Origin: Tubulanus polymorphus
Lineage: Eukaryota > Animalia > Nemertea
Direction of reading: 5' to 3'
Length of the DNA stretch: 64,000 bases
NCBI RefSeq assembly: GCF_964204645.1
Contig: NC_134029.1
Location: forward strand, 7,156,850 to 7,220,849
Each line of letters starts with the position of its first letter. The first letter of the stretch is position 1. Below, piece by piece: positions 15,201 through 33,500 of the stretch. The notes under the pieces were generated by a model. That model was not told the origin of the DNA, ran no database searches, and worked only from the letters and a program-made list of their open reading frames with translations. A program made the translations under genes and the position numbers.

Positions 15201-17082
15201 ACATAATGTATATTAGCACAATATATCATAGTCCCAGTGCTACGTATGCTAGTGGATATGGAAGATATCTTATAGTTCCGGTAATATGTCACTTCCGCCA
15301 GTTATCGCACTCATATCATCCCGACAGAAAAAGAGTATGTTTAAATTTGAGAAGATATAGATACATGTAGAGGAAAATAATTGTTTAAGAATCAAAACCG
15401 TAAACAACAGATATACGCAAATAAAAAGCGTCGTTCTCTGTTTTCCAATCTCTCGATATTGTGGCATTGTTCAGAGTTGCTGCGTATCTCTGCATTGCTC
15501 TCTCTTTCAGATCTCTCGCTTTCAGATATATTAAAGACCGCGTGCGTCAACTGTTTCACACGTTTTTGTGTCAGTACTGCGTGAAATTAGCGTGATAAAT
15601 TATCACAAATGGATTCAGGTCTATGTGATAAGAAATCAATCAACTGTTTTCCAATTATACCGAGAGCGCAAAACTGGGAAAACCTAGTTCCAACCGTTAC
15701 GAAACGAAGGCGCGTGTGTGGACCGAGAAAAATCGCCTTTAATCTATTTCGATGAATGAGAATATTCTCCATGATATTCATCGATATTTGTAATATAGAT
15801 TTTTGTTAATAAAGGTGCATGCAATCGATCACTATTGTAATATTTTTTCATTCAATAGCTATATGTGTCGGCGGGGAACGTATCCAAATCAACATAAGCG
15901 ATCCATCAAATAATGAGGTCGCCGCTGATTTGGGCGAAAGCGGCGAAGAATCACCTCCAGTAGCCGAAATGGTCGATCCTGCTGAATTGGAGTACCCCGA
16001 ACTTGGTCGCATCAGGAGGTAACTTTTTTTATAAGCGAGCAAAGAACTGGTCGGATAAGTCTCTTGCAAATAGTACCGAGCAAAGATCTGTAACCAACAA
16101 GTCCGGATTTATGTCCGAAAATAGGGAATCCACGGGCAAATATAAGTAACATAGAGAAGAAAAGTCTTTAGCCTGGCATTAATGAGTTGCGTGAATAGGT
16201 CTTATTGAAGTAAAGATTAGGCATGGACGTATAAACTAGAGGATTAGTTAAGCAATTGCCTCGCGTCGTATTAACACTTATTTACCAAATGCCATAAAAA
16301 GTAATGAACACGCTTTCTCGAAAGGTTCCAGCCAGTCGAAGAAATTGCAATGACTTCGTTCATTTGAATAAATTGTTCAATAATATTTTCAGGGAAACTC
16401 AGGAAGTACGTGATCTGCTTAGTGATATAGCTGATTTGATTCCTAAGTCTCCGACGCATAAAGGTAAATTGGTTTCAGTTGACTAGAACGCGAGATATGT
16501 ACCGGTATCTCACAATGGCTCGCCGATGAATAGTGAATCTTAGATATTTGCTTGTAGTTTGCATAGTATCTGCAGGGATGGATCGAAGGGAAGGGTGCAG
16601 GGAAGGCGCCCTAAAATGTTACGTTGCCCTGAAATGCCACGCGGGAAAATGAGATGAAAAAAATTAAATCTAAAAAAGTTTAAATTCATGCTTGTCCTCG
16701 TATTTCCAAAAATGAGTTTATTTCTTTTCCGATTAGCTTTCTTTTGAGGTCTACTATTTAACTATTTGGGGGGGGGGGTAGGCCTACACCTCTCCCCTCT
16801 CCCCTATCCCCTATCCCCTCTCCCTCAGTCAAACCCTAGATCCGCCTCTGAGCCTACGTCTGAAATCAACCATGGTTTATCTGACTGGTTCCTCGATAAT
16901 TGAACTTTTTGCCAGTCTTCCATTTGTAAATTTGAAAATAATTTTTTCCCGTTTTCTTTTCAGAAGAAATCCAGCCTACCGATGAGGCTTCGCCGAGCGG
17001 GCGTAAATCGAAATCTAAACACTCCAAAAGTCATCGAACTTCCTTAGGGATGTGTTGTACGTGCAGACCGGATTATTTGTAA
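9273..17082 (+). CDS. RGS7BP: Regulator of G-protein signaling 7-binding protein (R7BP)-like, 6 coding exons, 287 aa
   Basis: Exons 9273-9401, 11826-11995, 14928-15142, 15859-16018, 16393-16463 and 16964-17082 have GT-AG boundaries and compatible phases (864 nt). The protein has LLDDCKRMVKEINRRVATFRDVLVSVG (R7BP: [27 protein letters not shown]), ELGRIRRETQEVRDLLSDIADLIP (R7BP: [24 protein letters not shown]), and a basic tail ending GMCCTCRPDYL (R7BP: RRRKRRFFGLCC). Confidence 0.85.
16573..16850. mobile_element. MITE with CAGGGATGGATC...GATCCGCCTCTG ends and a poly-G/CCCCT interior
   Basis: Imperfect TIRs; related ends at about 24819 and 43610. Confidence 0.55.
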
Positions 17083-18777
17083 TAATGACATTTTGCATAA
17101 AAACTCATTGAGAGCTCTGATGTGCACGCGACTGCTTGCATATCGCCCACGAACAGGATGAGTGATCATAAAACCCGATCAAATTTGTCCGTGAAACTTG
17201 GTCCAGGTCGTATGGATGCATCGCTGAACGGCGAATGCGCAAGGGTTTCCGAGTTCTGACGGGTCCTGAGAGTATCGGAAATCTTTCTTGTATCGGTAAT
17301 CAAACAGCTGCAGGCTCCACAATATATCGAACCGCGATGATCACTGTTGTGCACCGAAACAGAAAATAGACGTCAAACCAGCGTAAAATATTTGTCAGCG
17401 TTTTGTTTTAATAAACAGCCTTTACGAGAAGATTCATAAATGACATTCTTTAAAAACTGGCATACACGACTCAATTTAGATGCAGTTAATCAATCGCACA
17501 TGAGTCATGAATCTGAAATGAAAAATATCGTATTCTCAAAACGAGTAGCGAATGTATATATTCAATTGATTCATTCATTGAACTGAGTTCTACGTATGAT
17601 TTAATCTTCCAACCCATGATACCGATCTAATGGATGATCATCTTATCAGGGTATATAATTGGAAACCAAACATTTCATATGGGGAATATTTATTTGAAAG
17701 CCACGTTTATATTTCGGAGGATTTCACATTAAGATTTGGATGATATATATGAAATATTAGCGGATGTTACTGCATTCCAGGGACACGATATAAACAATAC
17801 GGAAATAGGCCCACCAGGCCGCCTACACTTTAGTCGCCAGCATAAAACCACGCGGAATTTTATGCAGCCACTTTTTTGGGGCTGTCGTTGGATAAGTATG
17901 TAATTTTCGGTAAGAAATCAAAAAGACAGCGTGGAATTCGATTTGATTTGATTTTGCGAGGGATCCTTGGTTTTCAACGACCGGCGCGTCCCTGATCTGC
18001 CTTCGTGCAGCTATTAACAGTAAAACTCTGCTTGTACATACGTAACACAGGCCGGATTCTTTTTTAGTACTATGAATTTTATCATCATTGTTCACTTCGA
18101 AGATTTAGGGATTTTTTTCTTATACAAATTCGGTCGAAATACACGTTCGTATTCATCTGTATACATTATCAATAATCGAACTCGACTTAATCGATTTTTT
18201 TTCATCGACGTGATATATCGACGACGCAATCGCTAATGTGTACCAAGTAATAGGTAATAACTGAAGCGCAACACCAAACTATAGGAAAAAATATGGATAT
18301 GTATATATATACATGAAATATATATGATGAAAATCTTTCTCTTTAAATAATCTGTTGAGTTTTTACTGTCTGTGCATGGTTTTGTTGACTTGGAAATCTG
18401 ACCATACCAACACGACTTGCAAAATGGAAGATATGACCATTCGAAAGTTTCACGACCTCTGGAAATCTAAATAGAAATTGATTGTCACAGGCTAAATTGA
18501 TACCTCGTTTCCTAGTGCCGCTGTACTGCCCGGCTGCTATCTAACCTGGATATCTTTTTTAAATCATGATATAAAATAATTAAACCCTATAGAAAATAAT
18601 TTCGCAAGATAGGGCCAAATTCATGAAAGCTTGCTGTTGTTAGTTACTAGTGTCAAGTTATAACTATGATTGATTAGAACAGACTAACTACGCTAAGCAT
18701 TTCGTGAACTTGGCATTGGGTCTATTAAGAAGATTTTGTATTTGATTGGTTAGGTCTAAGGCTCATCCCTTGTCTAA

Positions 18778-18953
18778 TACAGAGCAACCTCGTTAAAACG
18801 AACCCAGATGCAAGCATTCATCGGATATTACAAGTATAAAATAGTGTCCCAAGTAAGACAATTTAATCATTTTCATACTAGATGTAACGCACTATCGGTT
18901 ATAACGAACATATTTTCTGGTCCCGTGAAGTTCGTTGTAGCGAGGTTCCAGTG
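18778..18953. mobile_element. Tc1/mariner-like MITE
   Basis: TACAGAGCAACCTCGTTAAAACGAAC...GTTCGTTGTAGCGAGGTTCCAGTG imperfect TIRs. Confidence 0.55.
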
Positions 18954-20201
18954 AACATGTATTTAAAAAACCACTATCATTCCAGTTTCGGGATTTTTTG
19001 TCTCGATGTTTGTAATTGTAGCGCAGTAAGTCGGATAGTTGGCTGCGTGGTGTCCGCTTTAAATCGAAGCCAATGGCAAAGCAAGATCAGTGGACACGTC
19101 ATGTTCGAATGCCACGAGAAGGGACAATCCCATACCTCCTCAGAATGAGTAAACAATGTCAAGCCACAAATATATTTCATTTCACCACATGCTTTATTAT
19201 CAACACAATTAATATCAGGAATGTCGTTAGTTTCTCAATTTCACAAAATGAGTACAAAACCAAGAAATTTCAGTCTAACACATATTAGGCCTACCGATAT
19301 GTACTACTGATGTACTTATTGGTATTATCAGTTGAGGTTCGACATTTTTTCAAAATCTTATTCATGGCACAAAACAATTAACATTTCAATGCTTATTTTG
19401 CGGCTGTGGGCATAGCAAGTAAAACTTCAAATCAAGCCATAGAGATTCATAGGAATTGCACACAAATAAATGGGTTAACTATACTTTATTTCACTACAAG
19501 AAAGCAGAAATCAAATTAATTTATCAATAAAGGTTTTGAATTATTAATTGCATGAATTCCACAATTTTCATTCAAATGGCAAATTCCGTTTCGAAAAAGC
19601 AATAGATAGCACATACATTGAAGGTATGATTACCCGATATATTCGGAAACCGGTATACACAAGTTTTCAACGATATAAACTAGACGGTTAATTTCTTTCA
19701 AAGATTCATCATCCTGGGAGAAATACCTGGTAAACACGCTAACACTAAAAAAATACTTCATTCAGCCCTTCACCTCTCCCTGTGAAGATGAATCTTATTC
19801 TTAGTATCGTGGAAATAAACTCACAACTAGTTTATATATTTAGCACATTTGCTGTATTATTCAAAAGCAAATCGATGAACAGTATTTACAGATGGCACTA
19901 AATATGCAAGAATAAAACATTATTGTTGAAAAAAAATTTTCGGAATGTTTTGAGCAGCTGTTTTTTTTAATCAAGAAATGAAGGTTTCTAAATTGGTACA
20001 ATAATACTAGTCATTCGATGATATTTTCAAATAGTCTACCGTAGTCTCCTAATTAAAACGTGATTCGAAATTCGAAAAATGTTCCCCCTACACAGATACA
20101 ATACCCATAGAAGTGACTTTCACATGATTTTACGAATTCGAGATGTTGATTCGGATGTTTACATCTTCGCCACGTCTGCACATGCCAGTCGTCAGACGAC
20201 C

Positions 20202-26757
<6,556 letters not shown>

Positions 26758-27293
26758 GCTGGCGATCCGAAAAGGGCGAATGTTCCTCTCCTCGATTCAC
26801 TCAGTTCGAATCCGTAAAATATGCGTTGCAGAATATCTTAATATGTCATCGTTTATTCAAAGTTGATCGGTAATTGTGAGTTTTTCGATGTACTTTTTAT
26901 TTAGAACAAAGGTTCCTTTATGGAGTATTTTCATTTTTTGCAGTAATCTTAAAAGCTGATTCTAGGATTCGAACCCAATTACCAATTTTTAAGAGCGTTT
27001 CCGGAACTGGACGATGGTTGAGGAAGATTCTCTCCACAAGATTTATGATTTGGTAATTCATCTATTTTTCACTGCATTTTCAAGATTCTCCTTTTTTAAT
27101 GTAGCGAAACCTCTACAATATGTAGTTTCCCAATAAAGATGACGTCGATAGGGATAGAATACATGCTTCTAAAAAGATATCTTAATATTTTATAGACATG
27201 ATAGGCCTAGAGAAAAGTGTGAACATTTTTGACAGCTTCTTCCCAACACTGACGCCTAATAATAGTTGGCCCATGGGTTTGGGTTCGAGACCC

Positions 27294-29440
27294 TCATCAT
27301 CATCATCATCATCATCAATTGTGAAGGATCTGTGGTAGGCTCCTTCGAGCCTGTGGTTATCCTCCTCGTTGTTTCTCATCTCGTTGATAGTCTTCCCGGT
27401 TTGGGGAAAGACAGAGACTCCCTTCTCTATTGGTTATTCAGTTAACGCGTTGAATTAGTAATTAAAATCAACATGATTGTTGTTAATCGTTAATTTTAGT
27501 AATTTTATACTCATGATAAGTAAAATGGTTTTTAACTCATTGATAAGTACTATTGATTAGTAATTGGAATTTTCATAACTTTTACTAAAAACATTTAATT
27601 AAATTTGACGAATTGGTTAACAATGATTGATTGAATGATTACTCGAAAATTATTAGATACATTTTTTGACGAAACCCTAGCAGTTTGGTACCCAGCTGTT
27701 AATCCGGCAACACCTGTGTGATTTGTTTCAGCCTATCCAAATCTAGGCGCACGGGGTAGTAAACCACCCCACCGGCACGCACCCTGGATACACCATTCCA
27801 GCTAGGGTCGTCATCATCAGTTAGTTGTTAGTATGAAAATCAATTTGTAACTATATACTTCACCTCAAATTTCCGTATCTAAGAAAAACGTAAAATAAAA
27901 TAAAATAGTCTAGTATAAATACATTTTATCTTTCCAGAATTTATCAAGCCTTGATTTAAAACAGTCTGTGGAGGTGGCCGATACCACTTTTTCGGGGAGG
28001 GTGTTCCACATGTTTACTACTCTTTGAGTAAAGAACATCCTTCTAACTTCTTTTTTCGACCTTAATTTCTTGAGTTTCTTACTATGCCCTCTAAGTTGAC
28101 GAAGGCTCACTTCAGGGGGTAACAGCTTTGAGGTGTTGACATTATAGTGCCCACTTATATAATTATATGTCATAATCATATCGCCTCTGTCTCTACGGTA
28201 AGAGAGGGTCGGCAGTTTTAGGTGTCTCAGTCTGTCTTCATACGACATATCTCTAAGGCTTTGAACCAGCTTCGTAGCCCTCCGCTGTACCTTTTCGAGT
28301 GCCTCTGTGTCCATTTTTAACCGGGGTCTCCATGCAGATATGCCGTACTTCAGTATTGGGCGTACTAAGGCCTTGTATAGTAGACAGAAAGTGCTAGGTT
28401 CCAAATAGGTGAAAGCTCTTTTTATTATCCCTAGCACCTTGTTCGATTTATTTACTACGGCATTTGTTTGGTCTTTGAAGCTTAGCTTATGATCTATTAG
28501 AACCCCAAGGTCCCTTTCAATGCTACTTCCGGCGATTTTAACGGTTTTTCCTTCTGATATCATTGTGTACTCATACGGTCTGTCATTTTTGCCAAAATGC
28601 ATAACTATACATTTCTCTGGATGGAATTGCATTTGCCACTTTAATGCCCACTCACTTAACATATTCAGATCATGTTGAAGGATGTTCCCATCATTATCAT
28701 CTCTAATTACCCTGAATATTTTTGTGTCGTCAGCATACATCTTCATTGTACTTTTGATGCCACTAGGTAGATCATTGATATATATCACAAACAGCAATGG
28801 GCCTAGAACGCTACCTTGAGGGACTCCACTGGTTACAGTTTTCCATCCAGATAAATCACCGTCGATACAAACAGCCTGTTTTCTATTGGCTAGGAAGTCA
28901 CTGATCCAATCGAAAAGTTTTCCCCTTATTCCGTAATTTTCTACCTTCTTGAGCAGTCTTTTATGTGCGACCTTGTCAAAGGCTTTTTTAAAGTCAAGAA
29001 ATACCACATCAAATGTTTCGTTGTTGTCAAGATAAGTCGTCCAGTCATTTAGGGTTTCAACTAGCTGTGTATTGGTCGATTTACCCTTAACAAATCCATG
29101 TTGATCAGGTGAAATTATATTATTATCAAGGAGATGTAACATCACCTTGTCCCTCACGATCGACTCCATTACTTTGCATACACAGCTGGTTAGACTCACT
29201 GGCCTGAAGTTTTCAGCCTTACTTTTAGTGCCTTTTTTATGTATCGGCTTCACGTGGGCCTCTTTCCAGTTCCCAGGTATCTTACCAGCTTTCAGGGTCT
29301 TATCAAATAGGTGGGCAAGACTTACCGAAAGCGTATCTGCTGCCTCATGTAAAATCCTGGGGTGTATTTGATCGGGACCCATTGCTTTGTTTATGGGAAG
29401 TGCTTTAAGCTTCTTTGCCACGGTTTCTGGAGTTATCTCT
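27294..29440 (-). mobile_element. 5'-truncated CR1-type LINE with 3' UTR, terminal hairpin and (GAT)n tail
   Basis: Uninterrupted RT frame 27910-29421. On the minus strand the 3' end has the hairpin AGGCTC-GAAG-GAGCCT followed by about 8 GAT units (27294-27317). No endonuclease domain is present. Confidence 0.85.
27910..29421 (-). CDS. LINE ORF2 reverse transcriptase (N-terminally truncated)
   Basis: KAMGPDQIHP, FRPVSLTSCVCKVME, DFKKAFDKV, GVPQGSVLGPLLF, YADD and RRDRGDMI motifs typical of CR1-group RT. Confidence 0.95.
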   Translation of the reverse strand: MAKKLKALPINKAMGPDQIHPRILHEAADTLSVSLAHLFDKTLKAGKIPGNWKEAHVKPIHKKGTKSKAENFRPVSLTSCVCKVMESIVRDKVMLHLLDNNIISPDQHGFVKGKSTNTQLVETLNDWTTYLDNNETFDVVFLDFKKAFDKVAHKRLLKKVENYGIRGKLFDWISDFLANRKQAVCIDGDLSGWKTVTSGVPQGSVLGPLLFVIYINDLPSGIKSTMKMYADDTKIFRVIRDDNDGNILQHDLNMLSEWALKWQMQFHPEKCIVMHFGKNDRPYEYTMISEGKTVKIAGSSIERDLGVLIDHKLSFKDQTNAVVNKSNKVLGIIKRAFTYLEPSTFCLLYKALVRPILKYGISAWRPRLKMDTEALEKVQRRATKLVQSLRDMSYEDRLRHLKLPTLSYRRDRGDMIMTYNYISGHYNVNTSKLLPPEVSLRQLRGHSKKLKKLRSKKEVRRMFFTQRVVNMWNTLPEKVVSATSTDCFKSRLDKFWKDKMYLY

Positions 29441-29473
29441 CATTTTTTTGTAGTGCCGTTATTTTTTTCAGAA

Positions 29474-29698
29474 ATGATACGCAAATTACGGAGGACACCG
29501 AAACATCAAATTTACTTTGTCACATTTCTTGGCATTCTCAGTGGTTTTTACATCTGGAATCCGGCTCTCAAGAAATACGCAGACGAGCAGGCATTGCAGA
29601 AGGACAAAGATCAGCAGCTACAGCAACACAGTGAAGAATCAAAGATCAGTTCAGATCCACCGAAAGTTGCAGTGAAGAAAGCTCCTAGCACTCAATGA
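29474..29698 (+). CDS. PIGBOS1: PIGBOS1-like single-pass mitochondrial outer-membrane microprotein, 74 aa
   Basis: MIRKLRRTPKHQIYFVTFLGILSGFYIWNPALKKYADEQALQKDK resembles human [42 protein letters not shown]. A splice acceptor (TTTTTTTCAG) lies 2 nt before the ATG. Confidence 0.78.
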   Translation: MIRKLRRTPKHQIYFVTFLGILSGFYIWNPALKKYADEQALQKDKDQQLQQHSEESKISSDPPKVAVKKAPSTQ

Positions 29699-30514
29699 TA
29701 ACGGTGAGAATTAGATGCTTCATTTAGCTTGACTAAAATTTACCTGGACCTTAGAAATGAATAAATTGAACTTTATTTTTTCAATGCAGAGATGGTATCC
29801 CCGATAGTAAAGGTAGCCGGTATTATGTTTGGTCTGTCCGGGGTGTGTATGCTCTACGTGAAAGTGATATCGCCAATGAATAAACAACGCAAACAGAAAA
29901 CATTGGAGGATGAAGTGAATGAATTTTTGAAGAAGAAAAAGGTCGGCAATTGCGCGGATTAATCTAAAAGACTTTTTATATGCATAGCCTTCCATTTTTG
30001 TATAGTATAGGAAAATAAATTGTGTACATAAGACAAATAGCTTAAATAATGACTTTGGCAATGTCCATGTCACTTATGTCTATTTCAGCTTTGCTTGAGA
30101 GGACATCCTGTGGCCTAGCTCAGTCAGTTTTGGTAGTGCATACCTGATATACTACGGTAGGTCTTAAAGATCAGCACCAATGGGCTGCTGAACTAAAACA
30201 TTGATTTCTAACCAGAAATGGAATCTCTGACTATGGGGCCTGGCCAATAATTTCTAGTGAATGCTGGTTGTATGTCAGTCTTGTTGGGTTTTCCTGAGCA
30301 TCGGATTATCAAAGTCAAATGGAATTACTATTGTAAAATAATTGGTTCATAAAACATAAAGTTCGTGGTATTATTGATTATTGATTTTTATTTTCGTACA
30401 ATTACCATTCATTTGTACAACTGAACGTAAACCGTTAAAACCCTATAAGCCAAAATACATCTAGTCGAAGTCTATTCAACTTGACGGGTCATCTTCATTC
30501 GGTATTAGATCACC

Positions 30515-33500
30515 TTAGTAGTTTTCATAATGCCTGAGCCTGCAATGAAATGGAACACTGATGTGTATTCAAAAACCTTTTCAACGGGTGGTATGTGTGC
30601 GCATGAAAAAAGAGGAGTTTCTCTGTCCTGGTACAGGAGGTATTACGAATTACAGCAACTTCACATCATAAAGAGGTGCTGGATTATGTCTTTGGGTGTA
30701 GAGTCCACTAGACTCTATAGTCTATAGCGGTAATGCCAGGACCAACAAAAACGGTATAGATTTTTGCATTTTTTTCACAATGAAAAACAGAAGGGACAGA
30801 AATAATGTTCTACAGGTTCAAGTGGATTACCAAATAGACTGGTACTACTATAGGCAGGATCTACTGTACACCACAGTAAATTACTGTTTCAATCAGGCAA
30901 CACTAAAAAATCATCAAATACAAAGCTTCATACACAAAAGGATAAGACTCCTAACTGGGTAAAATTATAGACTACGGTAAAATTCAGATGCCTGTTGTAC
31001 AGTCATGGCTTATACATTTAAGACCAGTCTAAGACCAGCCTGGTCTAAAGCCAATCTTTTAACTTAAGACTAGTCTTCGGGGGCCGGTTCCATAGTCATG
31101 GCTTAGACTTAGACCAGTCTAAGACCATCTTAGTTCTATAGCTAATCTAACAGCTTAAGACCAGTCTTAATATTTAAGACCACTTTTAGACTTAAGTCTC
31201 GACTATGGAACCAGTCCCTAATTTAAGACCAACCTTGGACTCGAGCCACAACTGTACAACTAGGCCCTGGTCCTTGTGTAGACAAGGTTACTACCACTTT
31301 CTACCACTCCTTACCTATAACTTTCTCCTAAACCCTTTTTAGTGGTGACTGCAAGAAATCCGCTATTCGGTGAAAAATCAACGCATGTCGGCACATATTT
31401 TCTCGCCGCCAAACTGAACTCCGTCCTGTGGCGATCATTGATAGGTTTATCCGGGAAGTTCGCAAAGGCTGTCATCGTGGGAAAATGAATCTGAAAATGG
31501 TACGAATATGGATGTTAAGTGTACCTATACATACAGGTCGTTTTAACGAAAAGACTAAGACTATTCGAGTCACCCGATGCGCTCGGTCCTGAACTGAATC
31601 TTCTGCCTTGATGGATTAGTCATAAGATGACGACAGGCTTTACGATATTATATTTAATCCGATGAATTAAGGCCAGTCAGAAGATTCACGCCGTTCAAGA
31701 ATTGGACTCTAAATAACTTAACAACAATCTACGTGATAGAGATGTTTTTTTGGAGATAACATGACATTTCTCGACATACCAGTTTAATAGCCTTCACTGT
31801 ACTACTAGATCCGATTGCTAACAATTCGCACGTCGAATTAAATTTCATGAAGTCACAACTCGTCGTTAGATTTCCGATTATTCTCAAAGGTTTCGGCGAT
31901 GACTGAGTTTGACAGGCTTCATAGTTGTAGACATTCACTATACCACTCGAAGAGCTGAAAAATCATCCAAAGATTACAATGATGAAAACAATGTGTTTTG
32001 ATTAGCCTGGAATTCGATATTCTGTTTTGTGATTCAATATTCCATTTGAGACGTATGATATTCATCTATTGCATAAAAAAATCTTGAATATAATCGTATT
32101 CAAGTGTACCGTAGTAAAACGCCCTGATTCGAAACAAATTTTGATCAAGTGACTCTGAATGTGCTCGATAACCACTTGAGAGTTGTTTCTCTTTTTTACG
32201 CACAAAAAATATCAATATACTCACAAAATCAGAATAAACTATAGTTCATTTCGATGAGACTTCTATGATAAATTATAAGGGATCATTCATTTATTACGTA
32301 TGCATAAGATTTGAATTTCTCAACCCCCCCTCTGTACGCAAAATCGGCCATTTTTTCATATACATTAAGCATTACAGTACGCAATTGCACTGACCCCTCC
32401 CCCCTCCTTTAATGCGTACTTAATAAATGAATGACCCCTAATGAAACGTGTCCAGCTGATCTGAATCACTTCGATCCAGACTGGAAGACTTACCCGCATG
32501 CGAGATATTGTTGATTACTGGACACCGCTAACGACGTTCCTTTCACACATCCGTCGTCGCAGAATTTATGCACACACGATCTGTTGTTTACATCCCAGAC
32601 GTACACTTCGCCGTCATCTCCGTGCGAGAACATTCGATCACCGCTCGGATTAAACGTTATCGCGTCGATTTGACCGTTCATTTTAAAACTGTCGATCAAT
32701 TCTTTTGACTGTAGAAAATAAATCAACGCTGTTTACTGATGATAACAAAATGATTATGACATTACAACAGTACGAACTGCTCAATTCAAATCTGACTGAC
32801 TACGATAATTGTTAAACTTGAGTGCTTATTAAATTCTTTTTCTCCTACCCTAGAATTATAAACCATCCAACTCGGATATCGCTTAATAAGTCGGAAAAAC
32901 TTTCACAGTCCAAAAACATTTGACTTTCGGTGGAGTCTACTGTATCAGAATGGACCAGTTCGGTACAATTGAAAATTAATTTTAAGCTCTGATAAATCGA
33001 AGCAAAATATTACTATCGAATCAAATTTAAGTTTCATTCAAAGAAAGAAAAGTACATTTTCTATGTACCAGTATCAGGGTTGAGTTTCAAAAACAAAAAA
33101 CAAAAATGAGCCCTTCAAGGGCACACTCACCTTCGCAGATATTAAATGAATGTGTCCGTATGTGCCATGAAATGCTATGAACTTGCCATCCGGTGAAACT
33201 ACAAATCTACCCATCGAACTACACGAATCCATTATCCCTGTAAGTAACAACGTCCGTATTAGAGGCTTAAAGTGATTCCGTGAGGTGGAAAATGATCAAA
33301 GAAATTGATTTATCTGCATTGTACGAATAAGGAAACAAATTTCAAAAACTGCCTCCGGGGAGATTTGGTACTAATTTTATGACTGTGAAATTTAGTAGGC
33401 TAAACAGTCGAAGCTGGAAGTAGTAGCCAAACTGTCCGATCAGCCTACTAAATTAACTAGCCCTACTAAATTAATATGCCACTGTTTGGACCAATGGAGA

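Noticed and set aside
15819-16022. Apparent secreted prepropeptide (hydrophobic N-terminus plus RIRR)
   Set aside because: The hydrophobic part is intronic polypyrimidine tract; the rest is exon 4 of the R7BP-like gene.
29387-29473. N-terminal extension of the 103-aa ORF
   Set aside because: Overlaps the antisense LINE and the intron acceptor; the likely start is the ATG at 29474.
31015-31235. Repeated TAAGACCA units as a CRISPR-like array
   Set aside because: Eukaryotic intron, irregular spacing, explained by nested MITEs.
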